Positions 36,527 through 45,553 of a DNA stretch of 49,599 bases are shown here, in pieces. The position numbers were made by a program, and so were the translations under genes. The DNA is from a bacterium (GTDB lineage Bacteria; Patescibacteriota; Microgenomatia; Levybacterales; UBA12049), in contig JAKALS010000005.1 of the NCBI GenBank assembly GCA_021813145.1, positions 74,022 to 123,620 of the forward strand, given 5' to 3'. The first letter of the stretch is position 1, and every line of letters begins with the position of its first letter. The notes beneath the pieces were generated by a model. The model had not been told where the DNA came from. It was given only the letters and a program-made list of their open reading frames with translations, and searched no databases.

Positions 36527-36976
36527 ATGGACGTAAGTGATGATTACAATTTGATATTCGTCGACTGTGAGGGATACGGCCCAGCTCCTACGCTTAATGA
36601 TGATCGAGCCTTTGAATTTGGAGCAGTTGATTTTAAATCAAAACAGTCATTTCACGGTTATGGCGCAACAAAAAAAACATTTATTAAGTTTAATAAATGG
36701 TTAAATCAATTTAAAGGCAGACTTATATTCGTAAGCGATAATCCAGCCTATGATTGGCAATTTATAAACTATTATTTCCATAAATTTCTTAGTGTAAATC
36801 CGTTTGGCCATTCAGCCAGGAGAATATCTGATTTCTACGCTGGTATGAACGGGGATTTCTTTGATTCGACCGGATGGAAGAAATGGAGAAAAACTCCACA
36901 TGATCACAATCCAGTTCACGATGCCCTTGGTAACGTGGAAGCCTTCACAAAAATTTTAGAGATGGGGAAAAAATAA
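36527..36976 (+). CDS. DEDDh 3'-5' exonuclease (RNase AS/Rv2179c-like)
   Basis: IFVDCEG, SDNPAYDW, NPFGHS, HDHNPVHDALGN. Confidence 0.85.
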   Translation: MDVSDDYNLIFVDCEGYGPAPTLNDDRAFEFGAVDFKSKQSFHGYGATKKTFIKFNKWLNQFKGRLIFVSDNPAYDWQFINYYFHKFLSVNPFGHSARRISDFYAGMNGDFFDSTGWKKWRKTPHDHNPVHDALGNVEAFTKILEMGKK

Positions 36977-37041
36977 AAACCTATGAAGCCAAAATCCAGA
37001 ATGATACTTTTCAAAGATCGCCGAAGCGTTCTTCAAAAAGC

Positions 37042-37065
37042 TTCGTAAAGCAAAAATTTTACGAC
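37042..37065 (+). repeat. 24-bp palindromic putative recombination site A
   Basis: TTCGTAAA GCAAAAAT TTTACGAC, followed by ATGGA. Confidence 0.8.
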
Positions 37066-37085
37066 ATGGATTTTCCGAGCGATAC

Positions 37086-38267
37086 TTATAAATCGGTTGC
37101 TGAAATGGAGTTTATATTGTTATTGAAATCTAATGAAACGATATAGGCTTCTTTTAGGTTCAAGGGCTGTGATTTCCTTTTTAAATATTCCATATCACCA
37201 AGTGAAAAAGTAAGCTTAGCTTCCAAAGCAGTTTTTTCGTCAACGATAAAATCTATTTCGCTTTTTCCTTCCTTGTTATAGTAATGCAGGGTAAAATAAG
37301 GTCTTAGGTTTTGAAAAACGCTTTGCTCAAAAAGCTGCCCTAAAGATATTTTCCCAAGTATATTAGCAATGCCGCTGTCGCAAAGGAATAATTTTTTTCC
37401 TCCAGATGATTGACGGTCAATGCTTTTTGAAAACTTCGATAATAACGAAATAAAATATGTTTGTTCAAGGAAATATAGATAGTTATATACCGTTTCTCGC
37501 GATAGAGAAAGACTAGAAGCAAGCTTTGCAATTTCTATGCGTTGTCCTATACGTGGAACTAAAAGTAAAATTAAGTCTCTGAGTTTTGCCATATCTTTAA
37601 AATCGGCCAGATTTTTGGCATCTTTTTCAAAATACGAAGTAAAAATCTCCTCCAAAAGAATTTTTTTTCTTTCTCTGTTTTCCTCCAACACTATTGCGGG
37701 AAATCCGCCAAACTCAATATATTCGTTATAATACTTTTTGTATTGCTCGAAGTTTATTTTATTTTTGCCTTTTATCTTTTCCTCAAAAGTCGAAAAATAT
37801 TTTTTTTCTACCCCTTTAAAACGTAGGAATTCAGAAAAAGTTAGTGGATATAATTCGAGCACAACTTTCCTTCCGCTAAGTGATTCAGGGAAAAGGTTCT
37901 TAAGATAATAGCTGCTTGACCCGGTGAGCACGAATTTAATATCAAAATGGTCATATAGATACTTAATGGCGGTGCTGATAGTCGGTAAGTTCTGTATCTC
38001 ATCAATAAAAAGATATGCCTTTTCTTTATTAGTTATGCCATATTGAGCTAAATTATTCCAAATATTATCATAGTTTTCTTCCTCAAAAACATGTCTGTGC
38101 AAGGGATTTTCCAGGTCAAAGATCGCTTTATTTTTGGATACTATTGAATCAAAAAGGCGAACTAGAAGTGTGGTTTTACCGACTCTTCTCATACCCGTGA
38201 TTACGGTTACCTCCTTTTTATCGAGTTCCTGCTCAAGTTTTGGTAAAATATTTCTTGGGATAAACAT
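37086..38267 (-). CDS. AAA_14 ATPase with DUF4143-type C-terminal domain
   Basis: ITGMRRVGKTT, LFIDEIQ, LTGSSS, ESLSGRK, GGFP, KKLFLCDSG, EIDFIVD...LEAK. Confidence 0.9.
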   Translation of the reverse strand: MFIPRNILPKLEQELDKKEVTVITGMRRVGKTTLLVRLFDSIVSKNKAIFDLENPLHRHVFEEENYDNIWNNLAQYGITNKEKAYLFIDEIQNLPTISTAIKYLYDHFDIKFVLTGSSSYYLKNLFPESLSGRKVVLELYPLTFSEFLRFKGVEKKYFSTFEEKIKGKNKINFEQYKKYYNEYIEFGGFPAIVLEENRERKKILLEEIFTSYFEKDAKNLADFKDMAKLRDLILLLVPRIGQRIEIAKLASSLSLSRETVYNYLYFLEQTYFISLLSKFSKSIDRQSSGGKKLFLCDSGIANILGKISLGQLFEQSVFQNLRPYFTLHYYNKEGKSEIDFIVDEKTALEAKLTFSLGDMEYLKRKSQPLNLKEAYIVSLDFNNNINSISATDL

Positions 38268-38275
38268 CTACTTAC

Positions 38276-38304
38276 ATCTTACATATACGGGGGGTGTTTG
38301 TCAA
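38276..38304 (-). promoter_or_regulatory. Sigma70 promoter of the AAA gene
   Basis: Minus strand TTGACA-17-TAAGAT, 8 nt before the ATG. Confidence 0.65.
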
Positions 38305-38371
38305 GTGCCATTTGACACTCTCGGTATTCTAGCCTCAAATATTATGCAGATAAAAGTTTCAATCTCGTTTA

Positions 38372-38395
38372 GCCGCAAACCAAGGTTTTTGCGAC
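38372..38395 (+). repeat. 24-bp palindromic putative recombination site B
   Basis: GCCGCAAA CCAAGGTT TTTGCGAC, followed by ATGGA. Confidence 0.8.
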
Positions 38396-38419
38396 ATGGA
38401 ACACTTATGCAGCCAGATT

Positions 38420-39472
38420 TTATATTTTCTTGTATCTTATTGCAGAACCTTCGCCTATTCTTTCTATCTTTTTCATCTCAATAAGCTTTGTCAATACCTG
38501 ATTGACTGTAGGTCTGGCAACATGGGCTTTTTGTGCTATTTCATTGGGACTAGCTTCATTTACGGTTTGCAAATATTCCCATACAGATAATTGTTTTGGG
38601 GAAAGAAGTGCCTCAATGTTTTCGGCAGTCAAAAGTCCGATTGCCATCTGCGATTGCATCGTAATAATAGAAAGGAAGAAAGTTAACCAAGCAGTAATAT
38701 CAGGGTTTTTTGCATTGAATGTTTTCTGGCTTTGTCTAAGGGCAAGGTAGTACTCCGGTTTATTATCTTCGATCAGTTTTTCGTGTGAAACATAGGGCAT
38801 ATACAAATAGCCTTGTTGTAACAGAAGCATGTTTGTTAAAATGCGCGACAATCTACCGTTTCCGTCTTGGAACGGGTGGATATTTAGAAATTCGACAATA
38901 AAGTTGCCGATGACGAAAAGCGGATGGTATTTCCTTTCTTCAAGAGTTTGTATCGTCCAATCTGTAAGCTCCTTCATTTTTATCGGGGTTAGGTAGGCTG
39001 GAGTAGTGTCAAAAAGGATACCTACCGAATTTCCAGCCTCATCGATCATTTCTACCTTATTTTCAGTATGTTTATAGTCGCCTCTGTGTAACTCGTCTTT
39101 TTCAACGTATTTGAGAAGTTCTTTATGGAAATGTTTTATAAGGCTCTCGTTAAAATGTAAATCTTCCCAGGTGTCAAAAACGTTTTGAAGTAACTCATAG
39201 TAACCTTTTACTTCCTGTTTATCTCTGTTGCTGAATTTTTGAACCGATATGCCACGAAGCATCTTTTCGATGTCTTCATCAGACATTTTAGCTCCCTCGA
39301 TACGTGTTGATGCCCCCGAAGACGTAACGAGTACGGAACGCTTAAGCCTCCCAAGTGTTTGCGGGCTCAAATTAGATCCGGCAATCCATCTGCCTTTTAA
39401 CTCTTCAATTTGGGCAATTTCTGCCAAAATTTCATGGGTAATGTTTTTTAGTCTCAGATCAAAATCTGTCAT
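38420..39472 (-). CDS. Fic-family protein (class II) with C-terminal wHTH
   Basis: HPFQDGNGRLSR; N-terminal inhibitory motif STRIEG. Confidence 0.93.
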   Translation of the reverse strand: MTDFDLRLKNITHEILAEIAQIEELKGRWIAGSNLSPQTLGRLKRSVLVTSSGASTRIEGAKMSDEDIEKMLRGISVQKFSNRDKQEVKGYYELLQNVFDTWEDLHFNESLIKHFHKELLKYVEKDELHRGDYKHTENKVEMIDEAGNSVGILFDTTPAYLTPIKMKELTDWTIQTLEERKYHPLFVIGNFIVEFLNIHPFQDGNGRLSRILTNMLLLQQGYLYMPYVSHEKLIEDNKPEYYLALRQSQKTFNAKNPDITAWLTFFLSIITMQSQMAIGLLTAENIEALLSPKQLSVWEYLQTVNEASPNEIAQKAHVARPTVNQVLTKLIEMKKIERIGEGSAIRYKKI

Positions 39473-39480
39473 ACGCTTGA

Positions 39481-39519
39481 TATATATAAGATTATATAAG
39501 GTTATATAAGATAAGTCAA
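39481..39519 (-). promoter_or_regulatory. fic promoter overlaid with 10-bp direct repeats
   Basis: Minus strand TTGACT-17-TATAAT; plus strand TATATATAAG ATTATATAAG GTTATATAAG. Confidence 0.65.
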
Positions 39520-39530
39520 GAGTATTGCCT

Positions 39531-39554
39531 GTCGAAAATCAAAAGTTGTGCGAC
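39531..39554 (+). repeat. 24-bp palindromic putative recombination site C
   Basis: GTCGAAAA TCAAAAGT TGTGCGAC. Confidence 0.75.
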
Positions 39555-39725
39555 TCTGACAGATAATAGTTTCACTAAACCGTACATTTTTACTGCTTTC
39601 TGAACGTAAAAGATTATTTACGTAGAGAGATACGACTTCTATCGCAGAAGAAATTAAAACTCGAATAACAATAGGCTTCTATTCCATATAACTTAATTAA
39701 AGCAGGATCTTACCCGTCTGATATA

Positions 39726-39819
39726 TGACAACTTTCTTTACAACAATAAATTGATACTTGACAACGTAGTTTACAACTATATCTAGAAAGTTGACAACTA
39801 TAATTTTTTCAGATATAAT
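39726..39819 (+). promoter_or_regulatory. Consensus promoter with 33-bp-periodic TGACAAC repeats
   Basis: TGACAAC at 39726, 39759, 39792; TTACAAC at 39738, 39771; TTGACA (39791)-17-TATAAT (39814)-6-ATG. Confidence 0.75.
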
Positions 39820-39825
39820 ACTTGT

Positions 39826-40854
39826 ATGGAAATTAATGATTTGATTCTCGATATAGCTAATAAGAATAAGACTTTCAAAACCGCCGATGTTGTGAAGCGG
39901 CTGGGTGGAAGATATACGAGACAATATATAAGCTCCAAAATCAGCAAAATGGTTAAAGATAAATTGCTTTTAAAAGGCGGAAGTACGTCTGGTGCTTTTT
40001 ATGCGTTGCCTTCAAATTCCGATCAAGTATTTGAGAACATAAGGCTAAGATTTTTGAGAGACTCGGTAGAGGAACATAGGGTATTCAATAATATTAGAGA
40101 TAGATACAAGTTAATTCAAGAGCTCCCCGAAAACGTTTCTAGCTTACTTTTTTATGGATTTACGGAGATGTTGAATAATGCAATCGAGCATTCTGAATCG
40201 AAGTATGTTGAAATTGAGGTGTTCATAGATAATAAAAATTTAACATTTGTTATTAACGATTTTGGAGTTGGTGTATTTCGTAACGTTATGGAAAAAAGGG
40301 GCTTAAAATCGGAGCTAGAAGCCATGCAAGATTTACTGAAGGGAAAAACAACTACGCAGCCTCATTCCCACACCGGAGAAGGTATATTTTTTACTTCTAA
40401 AGTTGCTGATTTATTTGAGTTAGATAGCTATGGTTTCAAAATGAGAGTGGATAATATAGTGGAAGACATTTTTTTTCAGGAAACCAAAGAAATAAAGAAA
40501 GGGACCAGGGTAACATTTTCAATTGCTATCAACTCGAAAAAACACCTTAATGATGTGTTTGGAAAATATGTAACTGAACCAGGAGAAGTGGGTTTTGATA
40601 AAACAGAAATATTAGTAAGACTATTTATCCAAGGGAATGTGTATATTTCCCGCTCTCAAGCGAGGAGAATATTAACCGGTCTTGATAAGTATAAAACAGT
40701 TGTTTTGGATTTTGATAAAGTTACGACCGTAGGACAAGCATTTGCGGATGAGATATTTAGAGTGTTCCAACAAAGGTATCCTGAGATAAAAATTGAGCCT
40801 ATTAATACTTCAGATCCAGTGAAGTTTATGATAGATAGGGTTGAGAAGCCTTGA
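39826..40854 (+). CDS. wHTH + HATPase_c + STAS-like (DUF4325-type) protein
   Basis: TEMLNNAIEHS, INDFGVG, HTGEGIFFTSK, SRSQARR...LDFDKVTTVGQAFADEIF. Confidence 0.85.
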   Translation: MEINDLILDIANKNKTFKTADVVKRLGGRYTRQYISSKISKMVKDKLLLKGGSTSGAFYALPSNSDQVFENIRLRFLRDSVEEHRVFNNIRDRYKLIQELPENVSSLLFYGFTEMLNNAIEHSESKYVEIEVFIDNKNLTFVINDFGVGVFRNVMEKRGLKSELEAMQDLLKGKTTTQPHSHTGEGIFFTSKVADLFELDSYGFKMRVDNIVEDIFFQETKEIKKGTRVTFSIAINSKKHLNDVFGKYVTEPGEVGFDKTEILVRLFIQGNVYISRSQARRILTGLDKYKTVVLDFDKVTTVGQAFADEIFRVFQQRYPEIKIEPINTSDPVKFMIDRVEKP

Positions 40855-40896
40855 TTTCTTTATCTACCGCACTGGGAACTATTTTTTCCTTTTTTT

Positions 40897-40920
40897 GTCG
40901 TAATACAAGGTTTTTACGAC
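40897..40920 (+). repeat. 24-bp palindromic putative recombination site D
   Basis: GTCGTAAT ACAAGGTT TTTACGAC, between convergent genes. Confidence 0.8.
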
Positions 40921-40925
40921 GTAAA

Positions 40926-41900
40926 CTAAATTTCGCTGATAATATCAAATCCCTTAAAGCTTCCGGTTATCGCCAATCCAATTATTTCTCCGTTTACCAA
41001 GTTTTTATCCTTAATTTTTTTTGCTGTTTCGTTCATTGTTGCGCCGGATCCTACAGCATCATCTATAAGAAGAACATTTGTATACTTTTTTTTATCATCT
41101 ATTATGATTGTTCTTTTTGCATTCTCAACCCTGTCCTCAAGTTTTGAAAGAGTCTTCTGGGGTACAATTATTTCCGTTTTTATTTTAGTTACGGACACAG
41201 CCCTTGTTGGGAGGTCGAGCTGCTTTTCCAACTCCTTCATGAACTGGATTTCTCTCTTTACGGTTGGAGGAACAAAAAGTATGCCGTCAATCTTATTTTC
41301 TTTTATGACCCCTAGTATTTCAGGACGGATTTGATTTATAAGTCGACTAATTAGTCCCACGTTCTGGCTTTGTTTGGCATATAAAAGCATTTGCCCAAGT
41401 TTAGTTTTTCCGAATCTTTCTATGCTATAAAAGTCAAGATAATAAAGCTTATCAAGATAGACGTCCTTAAATGTATTTTTCATTTTTGGCATTCCGTTTA
41501 TGAGGCCGTTTTTCTTAAATTTATCAAACTTGTTGATTGTGGAAATATATTCTCTTGCAGTTTTTGTTGGATCCTGATTGGTTTTTTCGCACCAGGCAAG
41601 AAATCCTTCCCATCCCTGTCGTTCTTCACCAGTGGGGGAGATATACAAGTACCTATCATTTATTAAGTTAACGTTTGCCTTATCAAATAATACCGGTTTG
41701 GATATTTTTTTAGATGCTAGTGAGTAATATACCTTAGGCGGTTTGCCGACTTTCTCCAGTTTGCTTTCGTCAATTAGTTTATTAAGCTGTCTATGTACAG
41801 AGGCTCGGGTTATACCGAGTACTCCGGTAAGCTCATGTACACTCACCTGATTATGTAACTTGATATACTCCAAAATTTTACCTCTAGTATTAGTAATCAT
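40926..41900 (-). CDS. wHTH + phosphoribosyltransferase (ComF-like) protein
   Basis: N-terminal wHTH (ILEYI...LGITRASVHRQL); VPPT; PRPP-binding loop VLLIDDAVGSGATM. Confidence 0.85.
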   Translation of the reverse strand: MITNTRGKILEYIKLHNQVSVHELTGVLGITRASVHRQLNKLIDESKLEKVGKPPKVYYSLASKKISKPVLFDKANVNLINDRYLYISPTGEERQGWEGFLAWCEKTNQDPTKTAREYISTINKFDKFKKNGLINGMPKMKNTFKDVYLDKLYYLDFYSIERFGKTKLGQMLLYAKQSQNVGLISRLINQIRPEILGVIKENKIDGILFVPPTVKREIQFMKELEKQLDLPTRAVSVTKIKTEIIVPQKTLSKLEDRVENAKRTIIIDDKKKYTNVLLIDDAVGSGATMNETAKKIKDKNLVNGEIIGLAITGSFKGFDIISEI

Positions 41901-41907
41901 GGTATAC

Positions 41908-41936
41908 AGTATACAGTATAGTGTATACTATGTCAA
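41908..41936 (-). promoter_or_regulatory. Leaderless-type promoter with TATAC repeats
   Basis: Minus strand TTGACA-17-TATACT-7-ATG; plus strand GTATACAGTATACAGTATAGTGTATAC. Confidence 0.7.
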
Positions 41937-41944
41937 TATCCCTA

Positions 41945-41968
41945 TTCGCAAACCAAATCTTGTGCGAC
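41945..41968 (+). repeat. 24-bp palindromic putative recombination site E
   Basis: TTCGCAAA CCAAATCT TGTGCGAC, followed by GCGGGAAGC. Confidence 0.8.
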
Positions 41969-42058
41969 GCGGGAAGCTAATTTAATATATAACAAACACC
42001 ATGCAAAAGCCTTGAAAACTTAAACTAAAAGTTGTAATCTTGCCTCAGCAATATTGAT

Positions 42059-42679
42059 ATGGAGAATTTATTATTAATTTTTAACTTCTTAAATACCTAT
42101 ACAGGAGTTATTCAAGCGATTTTTATTATTCTTTTAGTTTTAATTACAGCATATTATGCCTTGCAGACTCGTTCTACCGTTAAGGCAATGGAAATTCAGA
42201 GAAAAGATAACATCTTGCCAATTGTAATATCAGAAGAATTAATTATTTCTAAAAAAACTTCTAAGGAGAACTGCATTGATGGGAAATTTAATAATATAGG
42301 CAGTGGTCCTGCATTTTCTATAAGAGTTAATTTTTTATCTATGGACACAGGTTATAAAATAGCGGAATCTAATGAAATCATAGATTATTTAGAGAAAGGA
42401 AGACGTAAAGCACATATACATATTTCAGCTAAGGATTGGAAAAAATTAAACTTCGAGACAATAAATGGACAACAGCTAGCAGGTATTTATGTTAGAGTAC
42501 ATTATCAGGATTATTACGGAAGGATTACTCATTCTCAAAGATGTTTTATTGTTGATAAAAAATCTAATAGCCTAGAGCCGATCGAAGGAAGTTTTGAATT
42601 TATGCATGTGGGCAAATTTGAAGGAACTTTTTATTCAATTAAAACATTTTTACGCTCTCCTTTCCAAAATTTCCCTTAG
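42059..42679 (+). CDS. Hypothetical protein with N-terminal TM
   Basis: 206 aa; LVLITAYYALQTR, NIGSGPA, YQDYYG pattern. Confidence 0.75.
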   Translation: MENLLLIFNFLNTYTGVIQAIFIILLVLITAYYALQTRSTVKAMEIQRKDNILPIVISEELIISKKTSKENCIDGKFNNIGSGPAFSIRVNFLSMDTGYKIAESNEIIDYLEKGRRKAHIHISAKDWKKLNFETINGQQLAGIYVRVHYQDYYGRITHSQRCFIVDKKSNSLEPIEGSFEFMHVGKFEGTFYSIKTFLRSPFQNFP

Positions 42680-42752
42680 AATGGTGAGTTAGAAAGTCGA
42701 ACCATTATAATAGTGAGTGGCTTATCGAACTACAAAGTGCTATTAATAAGAT

Positions 42753-43103
42753 ATGGAAGAAAATGCTCCCGCACAACAACCAATACTCCCAAATCAACAG
42801 TCGCCAACGCCGGTAGTTATAGAAAATCAACCAGTAAAAACGGTAGCTAAGAAGCCTTTTAAAATAGGTTTAGGTGCAGTTTTAGGTATGATAGTTGGAA
42901 TTTTAGCCTTCTTAGCAGGAGTTGAGCAAATACCTGGAGGAGTATATTTTCTGAATGGAATTTTATTTCTCTTAGCAGGTATTACTGTCTTTCCGTTAGT
43001 GTCGTATGGATTGCAAACAACTTATAATATTGAATTATCTGGTCCACTTAAGTGGTTTCTATTCTTTATATTAATTCTTTTTGCTGCTTTTTATAAACAT
43101 TAA
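42753..43103 (+). CDS. Small membrane protein
   Basis: 116 aa, three hydrophobic segments. Confidence 0.7.
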   Translation: MEENAPAQQPILPNQQSPTPVVIENQPVKTVAKKPFKIGLGAVLGMIVGILAFLAGVEQIPGGVYFLNGILFLLAGITVFPLVSYGLQTTYNIELSGPLKWFLFFILILFAAFYKH

Positions 43104-43142
43104 TTGTAGAGTTTTCATCAAAGTGCTATTATCCAGTTAAAT

Positions 43143-44273
43143 ATGCAAAAGCTTCGAAAAATTTTCTTCGTTGTTGCAAGTGGTGGTCACGAAACTGAAA
43201 GACATTACATTGATACTATTGAAAGAAAAAGATCAATTGATGAAGCAGAAAAATTTTTAAGACCTCAAGAAATTGAGATTCTTAAAAACACATATCACAG
43301 TGGACCATTCGCAGTATGGGGCGCTGTACCCGGTTCGGGTAATTTAAGGACATGGGAAACGATGGAAGCTGGTGATTATGTATTAATTTATAAATCTGGA
43401 AGAATAATTTTTGCCGCAGAAGTTGCATTAAAAACCAGAAATCCTCAGATGGCAAAATATCTTTGGGGAGAAGACAACAATGGCAATACTTGGGAATATA
43501 TGTATTTTCTTATAAACACACAAGAAGCGGATGTAAGTATGTCTGTGTTAAATCCCTATCTCGGATATTCTGAAAATTATTTCCCCCGAGGATTTATGGC
43601 AATCGAACAAGAGAAGGCAAACGAGTTACTTAATCATTATGGGGATGTACTTTCCGCAATCACAACAATGCAACAGGGGAAAAGGCTGAAAAAAATTGCA
43701 GAAAAGGCGAAACAAGAAGCAGAAGAATTTAACGAGAGGATTGAAAGAGCACCAACAGAACATGACGAAATGCAGTGGAGATTAATAAGAATTGGTAAAA
43801 AAGCACATATAGATGTTTGGGTTCCGCAAAATGATCAAGGGAAAAGTTATCAAGGTCATAAGTTTAAAGATGATGTTTTGCACGATTTTCAAGAAACATT
43901 AGATGTCCCAAATTATATAAAAAATATTGACGTTGTTTGGAAGTTTGGACTTTCAATAAAATCTGCTTTTGAAATTGAACACTCAACCTCGGTATATTCA
44001 GGGATATTAAGGCTTTCTGATTTAAAAGCATTAACTCCAAATTCGATCTATCCAATGTTTATTGTTGCGGATAGAGACAGACGAAGTAAGGTTTTTGCAG
44101 AACTTAAAAGGCCAACTTTTAATAATCCATATCTTAATTTGGCAGATGCAATAGGATATTTGTCTTATGATAAAGTACGAGAAATTGACGAGAGTACAAA
44201 AGGCCAGAATGCAAATATATCAATTGATTTTTTGGTCCAACAAAGCGAAAAGATAAGCAAAAATGAAAATTAG
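43143..44273 (+). CDS. Putative restriction endonuclease: PUA/EVE-like N-domain plus PD-(D/E)xK-like C-domain
   Basis: VWGAVPG...WETMEAGDYVLIY; IDVVWK...AFEIEHSTSVYSGILRLSDL. Confidence 0.65.
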   Translation: MQKLRKIFFVVASGGHETERHYIDTIERKRSIDEAEKFLRPQEIEILKNTYHSGPFAVWGAVPGSGNLRTWETMEAGDYVLIYKSGRIIFAAEVALKTRNPQMAKYLWGEDNNGNTWEYMYFLINTQEADVSMSVLNPYLGYSENYFPRGFMAIEQEKANELLNHYGDVLSAITTMQQGKRLKKIAEKAKQEAEEFNERIERAPTEHDEMQWRLIRIGKKAHIDVWVPQNDQGKSYQGHKFKDDVLHDFQETLDVPNYIKNIDVVWKFGLSIKSAFEIEHSTSVYSGILRLSDLKALTPNSIYPMFIVADRDRRSKVFAELKRPTFNNPYLNLADAIGYLSYDKVREIDESTKGQNANISIDFLVQQSEKISKNEN

Positions 44274-44961
44274 AGACGCCATCCTCTCTTACCGCGAAAT
44301 GTGTGATTTGGAAAATGTCCAAACACTCCAGCGGGGAATGAACTTTAGATTAAATCCTCTTTATTCAGTAATTTTGATGTCTCAAAGAACGAACGCCCCC
44401 TATAAAGATAAAATTTATGATGATGGAATAACAATTGAATATGAAGGACATGACGTTTCTAAAAAGGATTATTTTCATAATCCAAAAACTGAAGATCAAG
44501 TAGAACTTTTGCCATCTGGAAATCTTACACAAAATGGAAGGTTTATAAATGCCGTTAAAGAATACAAAAAAGGAATGCAAAATCCCGAGCTTATAAAAGT
44601 TTACGAAAAAATTATGAACGGTGTTTGGTCGTTAAAGGGAATTTTTGAACTTGTTGACTATAAAGTAGTAAATGATGGACGTAGAAACGTTTTTCGTTTT
44701 ATTCTAAAGCTTACAAATTTAGGAAACGTTGAAAATAAAAAGCAAACAATAGAAATTTCGCAAACAAGAATTATCCCAACAGAAGTGAAGAAGGAGGTTT
44801 GGAAAAGGGATATGGGGAAATGTGTTTTATGTGGCTCAAAAGAAAATTTGCATTTTGATCATGATTTGCCTTATTCAAGAGGCGGCACAAGTTTATCTGC
44901 GAAAAATGTCAGATTACTGTGCATGAAACATAATCTTCAAAAATCCGACAAGATTGAATAA
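44263..44961 (+). CDS. HNH endonuclease with SRA-like N-terminal domain
   Basis: VWKRDMGKCVLCGSKENLHFDHDLPYSRGG...NVRLLCMKHNLQKS; N-terminal YKDKI...IEYEGHD...QNG...VYEK...W. Confidence 0.8.
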   Translation: MKIRDAILSYREMCDLENVQTLQRGMNFRLNPLYSVILMSQRTNAPYKDKIYDDGITIEYEGHDVSKKDYFHNPKTEDQVELLPSGNLTQNGRFINAVKEYKKGMQNPELIKVYEKIMNGVWSLKGIFELVDYKVVNDGRRNVFRFILKLTNLGNVENKKQTIEISQTRIIPTEVKKEVWKRDMGKCVLCGSKENLHFDHDLPYSRGGTSLSAKNVRLLCMKHNLQKSDKIE

Positions 44962-45298
44962 TTTGACTTCTTCTCGATTTAACTCAGAACTATAGTTAGC
45001 CACAAAATTAGCAATCGTTTTATTTTACTGATTGTTTTTTCTAGAATTATGTTGTATAAATAATTGTCAATAAGGCGAAGGAAAAAGTGCCTGATGACAA
45101 CCTCAAATTGCCACCAATCTTAACCTTCGAAAATTAAATGAAAGAAGAGAAAGACAAAAATCCTTTTTCAGGTATATTTATTTTTTCCAAAGAAATTAAA
45201 AACGATGGAAAAATTCATGCCGAGGGAGAAAACATTATACGCATATAGAAACAGATAAATATTCAGGTAAGGGTGAGATAAGCGTAAAGTCAACTTCT

Positions 45299-45541
45299 TT
45301 GTTTGAAAAAAGAATAAAGCGAGGAAGTGAGAGCTGGAATTTTATTTACATGGTGTTAGGAGTATTGCTTGCAATTGAAATTTTTGTGCTCAGCATTTTA
45401 TCTTGGAATTTTTTGAGTAAAATTGTTGTATTTTTAATAATATTTACAATCTCATTATGGCTTTGTTTATTTAATGCTTGGTTTCAAAATAAATTAATTG
45501 GATTAAAAATAAAAATTGAGGAAGCATGGAAGAAAATATAA
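45299..45541 (+). CDS. Small two-TM protein; true start uncertain, possibly frameshifted
   Basis: 80 aa from a TTG; frame open back to 45200. Confidence 0.5.
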   Translation: MFEKRIKRGSESWNFIYMVLGVLLAIEIFVLSILSWNFLSKIVVFLIIFTISLWLCLFNAWFQNKLIGLKIKIEEAWKKI

Positions 45542-45553
45542 GGGAGGTGAAAC

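Noticed and set aside
39604..39623. ACGTAAA-AGATTA-TTTACGT palindrome near site C
   Set aside because: The 6-bp spacer and missing CGAC end break the 8-8-8 geometry. It may be chance or part of a gene remnant.
37042..40920. 24-bp palindromes as repressor (LexA-like) operators or intrinsic terminators
   Set aside because: A and D lie between convergent 3' ends, C and E lie outside the promoters of divergent genes, arms are often mismatched, and there are no consistent U-tracts. Disfavoured but not fully excluded.
40851..41147. 98-aa + strand ORF spanning site D
   Set aside because: TTG start, overlaps the PRTase gene antisense, low-complexity translation.
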